From: Felis catus
Taxonomy: Eukaryota
Direction: 5' to 3'
Assembly (NCBI RefSeq): GCF_018350175.1
Contig: NC_058368.1
Location: 35,342,001 to 35,406,000 of the forward strand
Length of the DNA: 64,000 nt
Part shown: piece after piece, positions 51,240-64,000 of the stretch
Layout: the number at the start of each line of letters is the position of its first letter
Numbering within the stretch: position 1 is the first letter of the stretch
The notes under the pieces: generated by a model
The model's input: only the letters and a program-made list of their open reading frames with translations
The model's database searches: none
What the model was told of the DNA's origin: nothing
Made by a program: the position numbers and the translations under genes

Positions 51240-53249
51240 TCTCTTATCTTTTGACTAGCATAGCAAGCTTAGTGCTAATCAAAGCAACAAATAACAAAGC
51301 ACCAAAGTTTGCTCCATTCATTTGGCTTTCTCTGTTCTCTTTACTTTCTGGTGGGTCGTGAAGTTGGCTGTATTTCAGTGTTATTTACTTACTTGTTATC
51401 AACTTAGGTAATGACTTCTATGGTCAAGAGCATCTTATGCTTTCTTTCTTTTGGCCAATTGTATTGATTTCGTTTTTTTTTTTTTTTCTCATTGGCAGAT
51501 AAATTTAGCTTATGTAGCAGCAATTATCTAGAAGGAACCTTAATAAGATCCACAAGATATAAGGAACTTGCTTCAGCCTCCTGGCCTATCCTTAATGTCT
51601 GACTTTGAGACTATTTTTTTATTTATGGAAGACAAAAATGTCACTGGCCTCACACTGTTAATCTTGAATGTAATGTCACAATTTACAGTCTATAGGGATA
51701 ACTTTAATAAGCACAGATCCTACCTTTATTAGAGGAACTTAAATTTAAAAAAAAATAGCCACTTACGTTTGAGGATCAATGACTTGAGATTTATGACTCC
51801 CATCCAGGTAAAGTTGTAAGGGCCAGCAGTCTAGGACTTCTGAAACTGGAAATCCACCAGAGGAAAGCACATAGAATATTTCTTTGTGTCAAGTTGAAGT
51901 TGTCTCAATATGAGCTGATTGTATTTGATTGCTCCACCTCCTGCCAATTTATTAACTATCATTAGTTATGTAGGAATAGACTAAACAGAATAGTACAGAA
52001 TAGATTCTGAGCATATGATGACCAAAATAATGAGTTAAACCAAGAGTGAAGAAGAGAAATTTGCTGCCATATCCTTAATAATGGATATCATTAAAGTTAT
52101 TACTATTAAGTTATTAGAATTTAATAAATGAGTATTTTCACCATATCTTAATATTGTCCCATTCCAAAATTGCTAAATTTACCATTTATTTCCCTGGGCA
52201 GATGAATTTTCTCTCTATTCACATGGCTGTTTAATAATTCCTTCTAGCAAAGAGCTGGAGAATCATAAACATTATGCAGCTTCTAACATAATTGACTCTC
52301 TTATTTCTAAATTATAAGAGACATTATCTTATGCAGGTTTTGACCTTCATGAAATTGAAATGATGCTGTATATCTTTGGCATTCTCAATGGATATATCCT
52401 TAGAACTCTACAATCATCACAATTATAAACTCCATTAAATGAGATACAGACGCTGGGCATCTGGATAGCTTTCCTCACCAATAAATCGAATTCATCCGAT
52501 TTCTAGCCCAGTAGCCATATGAATGAAAATATAGTGGTGTTCTCAAGTGGTATGTCACTTAGTGTCTTCAGGAAGTAGATATGTTTTTCCTCATTCTACT
52601 TATGGACATTTGGATCCCTCAAGGAATGTGAGAACCATACAGTCTTAACTTTCTAAAGCTAACAATCACAAAAGTCCTAAATCTTTTTATGCTTTTGGTA
52701 GGAGCAAATACATCCTTAATGTTAAAGTAATAATAACTTAAACCTGCTGTTATGTTGAAGTAGATATTAAGTTTTACGCATATCCACTGAAAATCAAAGC
52801 GTAACCCTTCACGTTTCACATATGAGTGTATGTATCCATGTGGCATTTTTATACATTGCTTTAGAATATTTTCAAATAGTCTATAAAGTAAGAGGTGGGT
52901 GAGGTTCAGCTGTAAGTTATAGTGAACTAGAATGCAGTAGTAAACAAGGTGACACCTAATTTTACCTAGAAAGACAAAGTTAAAGGTAACAAAGAGAAAA
53001 TAATCAGATGATCATTAAGAAATATAAAGGAAGTAAGAATTTAAGTATAATTATGTTCTGATAAGGCAATCAGATAATAAAAACAGGTTTATAAAAGATA
53101 AAAGATAAAGAACATGACACAAAAATCAATTCATTTACAATTTCAGCCACCTACTGTTTGACTAACTGGGCTGCATCAATAAGAATCCAGCCCTTCCAAT
53201 GTGGAAGTACCATAATTCAGAGTTCCAAGACCAATAATTGTTCTTATGC

Positions 53250-53972
53250 GAAGACTGCTAGGTATCCAATAGCTATTTTCTTCTTCTTCCTTAATATGTC
53301 CTCTTTCCAATTTCTGCTCATGCAGAATATGTCACCTTTCTACCTTCTCTTGTAGCTAGGTGTGACCAGGGACCTAAGTTTACACAGTGGGATACAAACA
53401 TAAATCAAATGGCAGTTTTTTAATGCTTTTTCATTTTTTTAATTGTTTTAATGTTTACTTATTTTTGAGAGACAGAGACAGAGACAGAGCACGAGTGGGG
53501 TAGGGACAGAGAGAGAGGGAAATACAGAATCGGAAGTAGGCTCCAGGCTCCCAGCTGTCAGCACAGAGCCCGATGTGGGACTCAAACCCACGAAACTGTA
53601 AGATCATGACCTGAGCCGAAGTCAGATGCTTAACCGACTGAGCCACCCAGGGGCCCCTAATGCTTTTTTAAAGAGTCAGCTAATGTCCACCTTTTACTCT
53701 GTATCTGCTTCTTCTTGATGTTGTTTGGAATGTGGCAGTTTGATGACAGAAGCTAGACTGACCATTCTGTATCATAAGGTGACCTTAATAATGGACGACA
53801 CAAATGGTAGAACAGAACAGAAGAGATCTGAGTCCTGGCACTATAGCACCCTTGAACTATCTACCTCTAGACTTTTATGTGAAAACAAATATATTTTCAT
53901 CTTGTCCAAGCCACTGTTAATTTTTCTTCTATTCTGTTTTGTTTGTTTTACCTGTAAGAGCTGAACCTAATC
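53250..53972 (+). mobile_element. MaLR LTR (MLT1J-like), interrupted by a SINE
   Basis: CTTGTAGCTAGGTGTGACCA...ATGGTAGAACAGAA...CTACCTCTAGACTTTTATGTG...AAGCCACTGTT...GCTGAACCTAATC. Confidence 0.75.
53432..53657 (-). mobile_element. CAN-SINE (SINEC_Fc)
   Basis: Reverse SINE; TSD TAATGCTTTTT. Confidence 0.96.
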
Positions 53973-55072
53973 TTTTCCACAGTGTGCTGATAACCATGAC
54001 CCTTGAAATTGTTGATAATTACTTATTTGGATAATGGTCTCAAGCAAGTACATGGAGCTTGATGAGGAAAAAGAAGCCAGGCTTACAAAATTGGCTTTTT
54101 CATCAGTAGCTTTGCCTTCTATAGGAAATACATCTACCAGCCTATACTTATATGCTCTCTCTCCCAGTGACTAATTCTGGTAAGAAACTCATCTGCACCG
54201 GCTACTATTATCTATTGGGTGGAATTAACATGGGGAGGGGCTCTATTCATTCATGGCCCAGTTTCTTGGCTCTGTCTGCCTGAAAACAATGAACATTTAT
54301 CTCAACCTCTAGTCTCCTAAGAAAGAATAAGGTAAGTCAGTGTCCCCCCATCCTCTACCCTCTTGTAACTGGATAGATTAATTCAAGACAACAGGAATGA
54401 AAAAGGAAGACCTGTTTTGGCCTCTGGGCCAGGCCCAATTCTGCAATTGAGCTATAAACTATGAATGGACAGTCCCGTTAATCCCCATCCTGCCCTGTTG
54501 TGACTGTTAGCAACTCAGGTAGAGCCTTAAGTAGAAGAGGAGTGAGTGGTGAGACTACCCTAGATGTGATATTCTGAACTTGTCCACAGTATATCACTGC
54601 AAGGTCACATCAGGAACATAAGTTGCCCTTAATTCTCAAGTTCTATATATTTGTCCATTTTAAGTAATTGTGATTCTATAAAAATTCTGTAAAAAATCCT
54701 ATATTCTTTTCTCTTCTTCTTATTTGGGTCAGTGCATTATATATATTATATTATATATAATGTATATAAACAATAAAATAATACTCAAATGCAGCACTGC
54801 TCTATATATTAGAGATCTGAGCTTGAGAACAAGCACCACAAAATAGTACCATTTTCAATCCCCTGAGCAATATCTTCCATGATATCGGTAGGAATGTAAT
54901 GCCCAAGGAAACATAAGTTACACTCTGGAGTTCAATGGTTCCTTGGAAACGTAGATACCAAACTTGAGATATTCCTAAGAAAGGTGCCAGGGAATAAGTT
55001 TTATGCAGCTGAGAGCAGTTAGGTGTCATCACCACCAGTAGATGCGGGATGGGGTGGTCTGTACAATTGCAA

Positions 55073-55566
55073 CAGTCTCATGCCAAGCTACACTGGATTC
55101 TGACACAAAAGGAAAAACACCACTTATCCTGGGGCTGCCTTTATGGAAAATTCTGATATTTTATTCAATGTGGATTTTTTTGTACTACTTTTGATTTAAA
55201 AATTTCTTGGGGCGCCTGGGTGGCGCAGTCGGTTAAGCGTCCGACTTCAGCCAGGTCACGATCTTGCGGTCTGTGAGTTCGAGCCCCGCGTCAGGCTCTG
55301 GGCTGATGGCTCAGAGCCTGGAGCCTGTTTCCGATTCTGTGTCTCCCTCTCTCTCTGCCCCTCCCCTGTTCATGCTCTGTCTCTCTCTGTCCCAAAAAAA
55401 TAAATAAACGTTGAAAAAAAAAATTTTTTTAAAAAAAATTTCTTTGGAATATTATGTCGCTCAAGTGCTGAGTTCATTAGCTCCTCCCTAAATTTGGCAC
55501 CCAAGACAAAAACGTATGAGGAGAAGTAAAATGGTCCCAGGGGTCTCAGCGCTAGCCCTGGCTCTG
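55073..55566 (-). mobile_element. MER96B-like hAT-Tip100 element, interrupted by a SINE
   Basis: GATATTTTATTCAATGTGGATTTTTT...CTGAGTT...CCCTAAATTTGGCACCCAAG...CTAGCCCTGGCTCTG. Confidence 0.6.
55209..55433 (+). mobile_element. CAN-SINE, young SINEC_Fc variant
   Basis: GGCGCAGTCGGTTAAGCGTCCGACTTCAGCCAGGTCACG...CTGGGCTGATGGCTCAG; TSD AAAAATTTCTT. Confidence 0.97.
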
Positions 55567-58500
55567 CATTTCAGAGTCTAGCACTGGCTATTTATGTGTC
55601 TTCTGCCAAATTCATCTGCATTTCTGGACCTTAGAACATGTAATACCAGCAGATGCTTCTTTGCTTCATGTTATTATTTGATCATCGGGAAAGCCCGTAC
55701 CATGCATGATCTCTGAAAAGCTGGCATTAAATATCATCAAAGCAATTTTGTTGCTGTCCTCAAAAATACGAGCCCCTACCTTCCCCGGGCAGGTTCATAA
55801 AAGAGTTGGTCAAACCATCCCTGAGGTAAGAGCCACACACACAGGCCAAAGAGCTTCAAATCAGGTGAACCGAAAATTGTGAACCCCCTTTGGAGGGATT
55901 TTTCCCTTCCTTTTGAAAGGAAGCTACACAAGACTACTAAAACCTGCAGATATTTAATAAACCAGCATCTGTGCTTTTCCTGCTTCAAATTACACAGCAT
56001 CATCCTAGTGCCAGTCCAGAGCTGCTTCCATGCACCGATGCTTACGGCACAGCCATAACAAAAGCCTAGACTGACACTTTTCTTTGCCTCTAGCAACTGC
56101 TCAATGTTCTGTTTTATTTTATTTGGCTTTATTATTTGGCTTTTGGTTGGCCACCCAAAACGACCAGCCTGCAGCGACAGCAAACATGGTTTCTTTCCAC
56201 GAGACCCGCAAGACCATTCTATCTATCCTTATCCCCCTTGCCTTGCAGGGGGCACAAAGATGGGGCAAACCCCTTTCAGGGAGCTACACACAGACACACA
56301 CTGACATGTACTTTTTGATGTACATTTTCGACATGCACAGATGCTGTCCGGAGTGTTGAGATTGTTGGCAAAGAACAATAGGTATCTTCAGGGATAAAAG
56401 CATTACCTAAATGTAAGATTTTGTCAGGTAATGACCTCACAATTTTCAAAGTATTTCACAATTGCTGCCTGGTGGTGATTATAGGGCAGGGCTCAGTGTG
56501 CTTAGCAGAAAGGTCCAGATTAGGCCTGTGAGGGAGGTAAGGTGTCTGGCAGGACTGACATGCAATGAAAGATTATAAAAACCTGGTTTCTCCAGCCTGA
56601 CAATGAGCATAGTTAGAAAGGAACTTAATTGCACCATTTAAGATTAGGAAAGGTACAGGGGGAACAAAGTTATCAATTCTAGGCTTAAAATGCCATTGCA
56701 CAATATGAGAATAAGTACTCATATGAATGGCGCAGTAAGAAAATTTAAAAACCAATAAAATGAAATACTTCTGCACACAGTGGAAATCAGTGCTGCAGGA
56801 GATCAGAGAGTCAAATGCAGGAGCTGTATTTTAAAAGGAGGCTGAATAATTTTATGACCACTATAAAAGAGGAGACAGGCTTAAATTGCTGCAGGAGGTT
56901 AGGAAATGAGGAAAAACTTCATAACTACAAAGGTAGCAAGACCTGGGAGTGGGCATAATCAGAGTATTTTGATTTGCCACATTTTCTGTAGCTTTACCAG
57001 GATTTGCCACTCCTATTAGCCAGCCCCAAGATCTGCTCAACCTTTAAACCCACGACCTTTTGTTTTGTTCGGTGTTGCCCTACGATCTTTTGTCTTTCAC
57101 ATTTATAACATTACCAAGGCATTTATCATGAACTCTCTGGTGATCCCTTCTTTGGAATTCATGCCCACCAAAGTGATTGGCCAGATGCTGTTTACTTTGC
57201 ACGCAGATTCTTGAAACCTGCTCTATGCCTTCAATCCATCCTCCACTTCAAATCACATTATAGCCCCGAGGAGTTAACTGGGAGCAGACTCCAAACTGCA
57301 CACAGAAATTCCATTAGATTTCAAATCAGTTGCCTTAACCTCTTACGCACTGTAGACCACAATAATCCATCAGACCACACTGGTTTAACCACATTCTACC
57401 TCTCCCTAATAGCCACCAATAAGCCTCTAGATAAATTGGGATTTTCATTCTGTTGACTGTTGATTGCTTCACACTCCCTACTGGATCATTTCTTGGCCAG
57501 TGGCACCCCAAAATAATCCCTTGCATTTGTGTTGCATTTCAGAAGCTACAGTATATTTCTATAACCATATCATTTGATAATAACAGAAGCTCACTACAAA
57601 ATCGGTAGGCCATATAGTAATACCTCCTTTTGAAAAATGACAAATCAAGCCTTATTTCTGCTCAAGTACTCGCATCTTGTCATTCCTGGTCCCTTTCAAT
57701 ACGAAAGATGATTTATGTACAGCTAAGCAAGTTGGTCGTTTTATTTATAAATCTCCCCCTTCCTCTGCCACTTCATTTAAATATTCTACCACATTGAGAA
57801 GGAACTGCCTTTTTTTTTTCTAATAGTTTTAGCCCCCAGAATGCTACTTACTCCACAAAAACAACCTTCATTCTCTTAAAATTATCTCACACCCTAGGCA
57901 ATGATCCCTAATACATACATTTCTCTAGGGCTATTTTCCAAGTCTTCTGAAAAAGTATGTTTGCATCCATAAAATACTCAGGAATAAAGTGAACAACACC
58001 CACAGTGTTGTTCATTTTATATGCCTCACAGATTCAGGAACATCGTCCATGAGTGTTCATACTTTCATTCACTTATTTGATAAATATTTGAGTACTTCCT
58101 ATGTGCCAAGACACTGAGGATATGTAGCAGAGGATAAAATAGACTAACAATCTTGCCTGTGTTGAGCTTAGATTCTATCAGGAAGACAGACAGTATATCC
58201 AGTAACTAAGAAATTTATGGAATTGTTAGATAGTCTAAAAAGATATAAATTTGGTTAAGAAGGAAAAAAGTGTGGGGATGGAGGCAAGGAGTTGAAATTT
58301 AGATTAAATGGGTAGATAAGCCTTCAACTGAGATGACTTTGAGTGAAAACCTGAATGAAGCAAACGAGCTAGCTATCTGGATATCTGTAAGACCATTCCA
58401 GATAAAGGAACAGCAAGTGCAAAGGCCCTGAGGTGGAGCTGTCTCTATGTGTCTCAAGCAAAAACAAAGAAGCCTGTGTGGTCAGAATGGAATGGATGAG

Positions 58501-60264
58501 GGCAATGGTGGAAGAACATAAAGTCAGAGAGGTATAGTTGACAATACATGGCCTAGTAAAAGACAAGAGAACCATGTGAGCAGAAAATGATATGAACTAA
58601 GTCACACTTCCCAATATCTCTATCTGCTAGGTTGGAAATAGACCAAAAAGGGTAAGAGCCAAAGCAGGAAAATCAGGAGTCTACTGCATTAATTTAGGCA
58701 CATCATTCAGGTGTGGTAGTGGAGATGGTAAGAATGGGATAAATTTAGAAAATATTTTGAAGGCAAAGTCAGTAGAATTTGGACAAATCATATGTGGAAT
58801 GCTAGAAAATGAGACGGGTCAATGATAACACCAAAATTTTGGCTGGAATAAGTACATAGATGAATTTTCCATTAGTAAAGATATGGAAAACAACTGTAAA
58901 AACAGATTTGGAGGTGGGGTGGAGGGGATGTGAGCAGATCTATTTGGGAAATGTTGAGTATGTTATAATGTTAGACATCCCCATGGAACATCAGGTAAGG
59001 ATCATATATATGGAATATTTGGATGCACTTGGATATTGAAGTTCAGAGAAGCGGTCCAGGCATGAGACATAAACATGACACCATATGCATGTAGATGGTA
59101 TTTTAAAACATGAATTAGATGATATCCTTTCGGGAACAGGGAAAATTAATAGAAAAGAGAAAAAGTTTAAGGAGTGATCCCTGGCACACTCCAATGTTTA
59201 GAAATTGTAGACATGAAGGGCATGGTAGTTCTGTACCTCTAAAAGTAAAAGGAAAACTAGGTAAATGTGGTGTCTTGGAAGTCAAATGAAGAAAATGTAT
59301 CAAGGACAGAGCGGGTATCTATGTCAAATGCTTCTGATTACTCTAGTGAGATGAGATATAGATATAATCTTTAGATTAAGCCATAAGAAAACCATAGGTG
59401 ACCCTGATAAGACCAGTTTCAGTGGTACAGTGGGAATTTAAAGATGATTTGAGTGGGTTAAGAAGAGAGTGGAGTAATTAGAAACAGCAAGTCAGTGAGC
59501 ATAGATAACTCTGGAGAGTTTGAGAGATCTAATATCTAGAGGAGAAACCAGAGTCATGAGGTGTTTTTGTTTTTGTTTTTGTTTTGTTTTAATATTGGAA
59601 AAATAACAACACAATTACAAGCTAATGAGAATAATCCAACAGAGGGGGATAGGTGAGCTACAAAAAAAAAAAAAAAAAAAAAGGAGGTGGGGGAGAGTTG
59701 CTGAAATGTGAAATGTCTCTGAGTAGGGGAGACAGCATGGGGTCTAATCACTCAAGGAGTATTTGGTCTTCTCCAGGAATATCACTTATTTACAGTCAAA
59801 GAAAAGCAGGTAGAGTATATGGGTTAAGATGAAGACAGGTGATTAGAACATGTGGAGGTTTCTTCTGATTACTTTTATTTTACCAAGGAAGTAGAAAGCA
59901 GGGTTGTTAGGTGAGAGTTAGGAAGGGGTGGGGGGTGGAGTGCTCAGAAGGAATGAAAGAGAGGAAGTACACAGCACTAATCTAGAAACCCGGGAGAACA
60001 TGTAGATTGGTAAGATGGCTGGTAGCATTAAGGTCTACCTTGAAAGTAATGATTATGTGTTTAAAATGAAACCAGTCATCAGGGATTGGGCATTTTGTCT
60101 CACATATATTAGACTGGATTCAATCACAGAAATACTCTGAAAGCTTGTTTTAACCAAGATTATGATTTAGCCCAGTATGATTTAGCCCAATATAACAAAG
60201 GGAAAGGGGGCAAAGGAGTTGAGAGTATTTGCAAGTGAATGAGTACAATGATGGGCCATATATA

Positions 60265-60478
60265 GATTTTTTTTTAAGTTTTTATTTATTTATTTTGAAA
60301 GGAGAGAGCACATGCACATGCAAGCAGGGGAGGGAGAGAGAGAGAAAGAGAATCCCAAGCAGGCTCCCACTGGGAGTGTGGAGCCCAACGTGGGGCTCAA
60401 TCTCAGGAACACTGAGATCATGACTTGAACCAAAATCAAGAGTCAGATGCTTAACTGACTGAGCCACCCAGGTGCCCC
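60265..60478 (-). mobile_element. CAN-SINE
   Basis: Reverse SINE ending CCCAGGTGCCCC. Confidence 0.95.
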
Positions 60479-60585
60479 AGGGCTATATATTTTAAACTAG
60501 ATAAGGGATTAAGAGAGGAGGTTAGGGATTTAGGGCTAGTGAAAAGGTAGTGGAGGGAGGTTTGAAAATTGTTGCAGTTGCCGTA

Positions 60586-61060
60586 CAGGTATTCCTTGCT
60601 TTCTGAAAGTTCCTGTTACTCCACTTCACTTTGTTGAAAGACCTACAGGAGTGCCTGTCTCGTGAACTGAAAGAAATCCAAGATGATTATTACTTCTATG
60701 AGAAAAAACAAAAACCACAGTTTTGCAGCGAGCAGTTATTGAGGCAGCACACACAGAGCAGTGACAACGGCAGGGCCATGCGCCTTCCCCAGGAGCTACA
60801 CTCAGCATCTCAGCCTCAAGCCACCATAGCTTTGAACTGTGTCTGTGAGCATCTGTGCTTTTTCGACTTATTTTGTGTGTCTGTTAGCAAGATGTGTCCT
60901 AAGGTATCGGAAAAGCCGAAGAGAGGGTTTTTTTTGGGGGGGGTCTTGCAACACTCAAAAACGTTTCCATATAAATGAATGGCAATTGCTTCTTTGCTTT
61001 ATGCCATTTGGCTTATGAAAGGTTTCATAGGAATGCTCTTTCAGATAATAGGGAAGCCTG
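60586..61060. mobile_element. Carnivore Tigger element (Tigger1a_Car-like)
   Basis: TA|CAGG...CCTG|TA termini; internal CTACACTCAGCATCTCAG...GCTTTGAACTGTGTCTGTGAGCATCTGTGC. Confidence 0.85.
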
Positions 61061-61833
61061 TAATTGAGGGAGTAAACTGGGGAGATAGGGATGGGGTGGT
61101 AAGCGGTTAATGGGATGTTTGAAATCGAGATAACAGATGTGTATGGGTAATGAAGTGATCAGATTATAGTCAGAGGAGTGGTTGACTGAGGTCCAGTGAG
61201 GCAAAGAAACAGAGAGTACAGAATACTGGAGAGATCATATACCTGGATTTGAAACCACCAAGAATGTGACAGGAATGGTATTGGTGTGAGGGACAGTGAG
61301 CTAAAATCTTCGAGAGGTGAAGTGCATTATTCAAAGGGATGGATGGGGCAGTGGATGGTTGCAACAAAATGTGTACGAATGATACTGTACTTTGATGATG
61401 GAGGGTAAAAGTTGAATATTTTTAAGGAAGAGGAGGGTAGAAAGAATGATCTAGAAATGATAAGAAGTAGTAAGCAACCTGCCGAACCTGCTTTTATCCC
61501 TTTCTACAAGGAACATAGGAGAGGAAAGTGCCATATTTGAGAGACCTCCACAGGAAGTAATGCCAGGCTTTAGTTAGACAAGAAAAGTGAAAAGAACTTC
61601 CAAGGAAGAGGTTTAAGACATAGGGAGGTTTTTAGCTGATTGAACTTTTTTCCAGAAGAAATTAATAAGGTTCGGGAGATAAGAAGTGAGGCAATGGGGA
61701 TGAGAGTCTGGAATCATTTGAAATTCCTGGGCCTCTTTTAGTAAGTGACCTGAATAGGAGTAAAGGGCATGGTAAGAGGAGTCCTCATGGGTCATGAGCT
61801 CTCTCCTCCTTTAAGAGTGGGTTCTTATTCAGA

Positions 61834-62034
61834 GGCACCTGGGTGACTCAGTCAGGTGAGCATCCGACTTCAGCTCAGGTCATGATCTCCTGGTGGCTCC
61901 TGAGTTTGAGCCCCACATCAGGCTCTCTGCTGTCAGCACGGAGCCCACTTCAGATCCTCTGTCCCCCCCCCCACCCCCGCCCCTCTCTGCATGAACTCTC
62001 TCTCTCAAGAATAAATACAACCTTTAAAATAAAA
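61834..62034 (+). mobile_element. CAN-SINE
   Basis: TSD AAGAGTGGGTT(C/G)TTATTCAGA flanks the element. Confidence 0.95.
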
Positions 62035-62594
62035 AAGAGTGGGTTGTTATTCAGATGAGTGAGCTCTTACTCAGGAGCTTGAAGAGTTCCAGACTCCTAG
62101 TGATGGAAACATGGACATTGCAGAGGGACAGCCTTACCCTTATGGCACAGCTATTCTCCTCAACCCTGCTGCTGTGGGCCTGTGGAGCTGAGGCTGTCCC
62201 TAGTGTTCTTGCCCTTCTGGACTTCTGTCAACAAGGCTCCTAGGTTGCTGAGACTGCAAAGGCAATAGTGATCGTTCCCACTGGTCTCCACCTCTCTCCA
62301 CAGTGGTAGCCAACATTGTCCATAGAAAGTGTAATAGCTTTGGGAGAGTTTTACAGAAACCCCTAACTATGTGTATCTATTCTGTTCAATAGGGTATATG
62401 AAATATTGACCAAAAACAATTCTGGAAGGCAGGCATATCAAGAGGCCTATAGCCAATGACACAGATGAATTCTGACTCCTACCCTGATGTAGCTGTTTTG
62501 CTTTGGTGATTAAAATGTTTCCTGAGTGTTAATACATCAAGATCAACCCAAGAAAACTGGGGGACGGTAGTAAACTCCAAAATGTCTCCTAGAT

Positions 62595-62728
62595 AGGATT
62601 GCTAGATAAAATACAGAATGGCCAATTAAATTTGGATTTTAGATAAACCATGAATTTTTTTTAGTATAAGTATGTCCCATGCAATATTTTTATTCATTGC
62701 ATTTTTATTTGCTATATTTGACAACCCT
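62595..62728. mobile_element. MER3/MER33/MER53-like hAT MITE
   Basis: AGGATTGCTAGATAAAATACAG...TTTAGTATAAGTATGTCCCATGCAATATTT...TTGACAACCCT. Confidence 0.75.
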
Positions 62729-63299
62729 ACTCCAAAGGAATTTTATAAAATTAATAGAGGTTTATGAATAGCTAAACTTGGTCTGTCTTAAAGTTACAAA
62801 CTTCAAATGAATATGCCTCAGAAATAATGGAAAAGTTTTAAAGCCTCCTTCCCCAAAATTACCCATTCTAGGGTCCCCATGTCACCAACTGAGTTTGGAA
62901 AGATACATGCAAAGCTGAAATAAGTCAATAGTCACCTAAGTTATTCCCTCTCTGCTTTGCCCCCATACACTCCATAATTCCCTATGTCTCCACAATTTCA
63001 AGTGATGGTTTAGAGAATGGAGAAAGAAACATCATGAGATTGGCTCTCACAACCATTAGAACGTGGTGTGAGTGAGAGTCCAGAGGAATGGGATAAAAAA
63101 GAAACACCCTTAGGCATGGTCCCTAGGATAATACCCCCTTCTTGCTATAAGCCTTTCATAGCACTGGCCTCCCCTGTGGGGTCTTTGGCTTAGCCTTGGA
63201 TAAATAAATATTCTACACCTTTTTACCCTAAATAGTTTTTAAGAAAAAAGAAAGATGAAAGAAATCTTTCCTAATGAATGTTTTAGAATTCCCAGTTCA

Positions 63300-63424
63300 G
63301 GGGCACCTGAATGGCTCAATCGGTCATGCACCCAATTTTGGCTCATATCATGATCTCACGGTTCGTGAATTCGAGCCCCATGTTGGGCTCTGTGCTGACA
63401 GCTCAGAGCCTGGAGCCTGCTTCC

Positions 63425-63476
<52 letters not shown>

Positions 63477-63530
63477 CTCCCCTGCTTGTGCTCTGTCTCT
63501 CAAAAATAAATAAACATTTAAAAAAATTAA
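63300..63530 (+). mobile_element. CAN-SINE with expanded (CT)n
   Basis: GGGGCACCTGAATGGCTCAATCGG head, long (CT)n, A-tail. Confidence 0.95.
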
Positions 63531-64000
63531 AATTTCCCAATTTAAATGTAGAGAATCTGGAACAGCACAGTAAGCCTGCCATTTGTATTCTATTTACTTA
63601 GAGCAAAGATGATGTTCCCTAATTATTGAAGGTCAGCTGTTACCAGAGCACACCCTGTGTCATACTACCTAATGGTGAAAGTCATATGGTAGCTGAAACA
63701 TGAAAGAAATGCAGTATATTAAAGTCTGCTATCAATTCAGTAGGGAAGAGCCAGCTGGATAAATCAGAATAGACTTCAGATAATCACTATATATGAACCT
63801 GAAAATTTATCCACATCCCTATCTCAAAAGCTAACACATTTCATGCTCTTTCTCATATTTAAATCTAGATAAGTGAATTTCCAATATCCTTTGAGGATGC
63901 AGCTGTTGTTTAACACTGTGATTTCATATTTATACAGCTCTTCTCATCATAGGATCTTAGACCATTTTACCAGCATAATTCAGTATTAATAATCATAAAA

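Larger units (their letters stand above)
58062..61620 (-). mobile_element. Long L2 remnant, interrupted by a SINE and a Tigger
   Basis: TTCATTCACTTATTTGATAAATATTTGAGTAC tail; CAAGTGCAAAGGCCCTGAGGTGG; GGTGACCCTGATAAGACCAGTTTCAGTGG; purine-rich body. Confidence 0.8.

Noticed and set aside
60161..60189. Short tandem duplications (TATGATTTAGCCCA x2; also TTAGTCTTATC x2 near 48230)
   Set aside because: Ordinary slippage events with two copies and no spacers; not a CRISPR-like array

Overview
Mammalian genomic DNA, almost certainly felid, judged from abundant SINEC_Fc-type CAN-SINEs and an L1_Fc-type LINE-1. The window is repeat-dense intronic or intergenic sequence, and I could not recognise any host protein-coding exon. 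The only convincing long ORFs belong to a very young minus-strand LINE-1 (42324-47324). It has an intact 1274-aa ORF2, an ORF1 truncated at its 5' end, a ~49-nt pure poly(A) and a perfect 14-bp TSD. The rest is about 17 CAN-SINEs, old L1/L2/MIR fragments, MaLR/ERVL/ERV LTRs, Tigger and hAT DNA transposons, and microsatellites. The most interesting non-obvious signal is a CpG-rich minus-strand solo LTR (~23695-24152). It carries an 18-bp perfect GC-box palindrome, ETS and CRE-like motifs, a TATA-like box and tandem splice donors, and has no canonical poly(A) signal, so it looks like an exapted promoter or first exon. It points toward a repeat-poor block (18.1-21.2 kb) with candidate exons on both strands. 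Small template-switch scars and inverted SINE pairs are also present. Repeat subfamily names come from my recall of consensus sequences and need RepeatMasker/Dfam confirmation. No new biological system is demonstrated.
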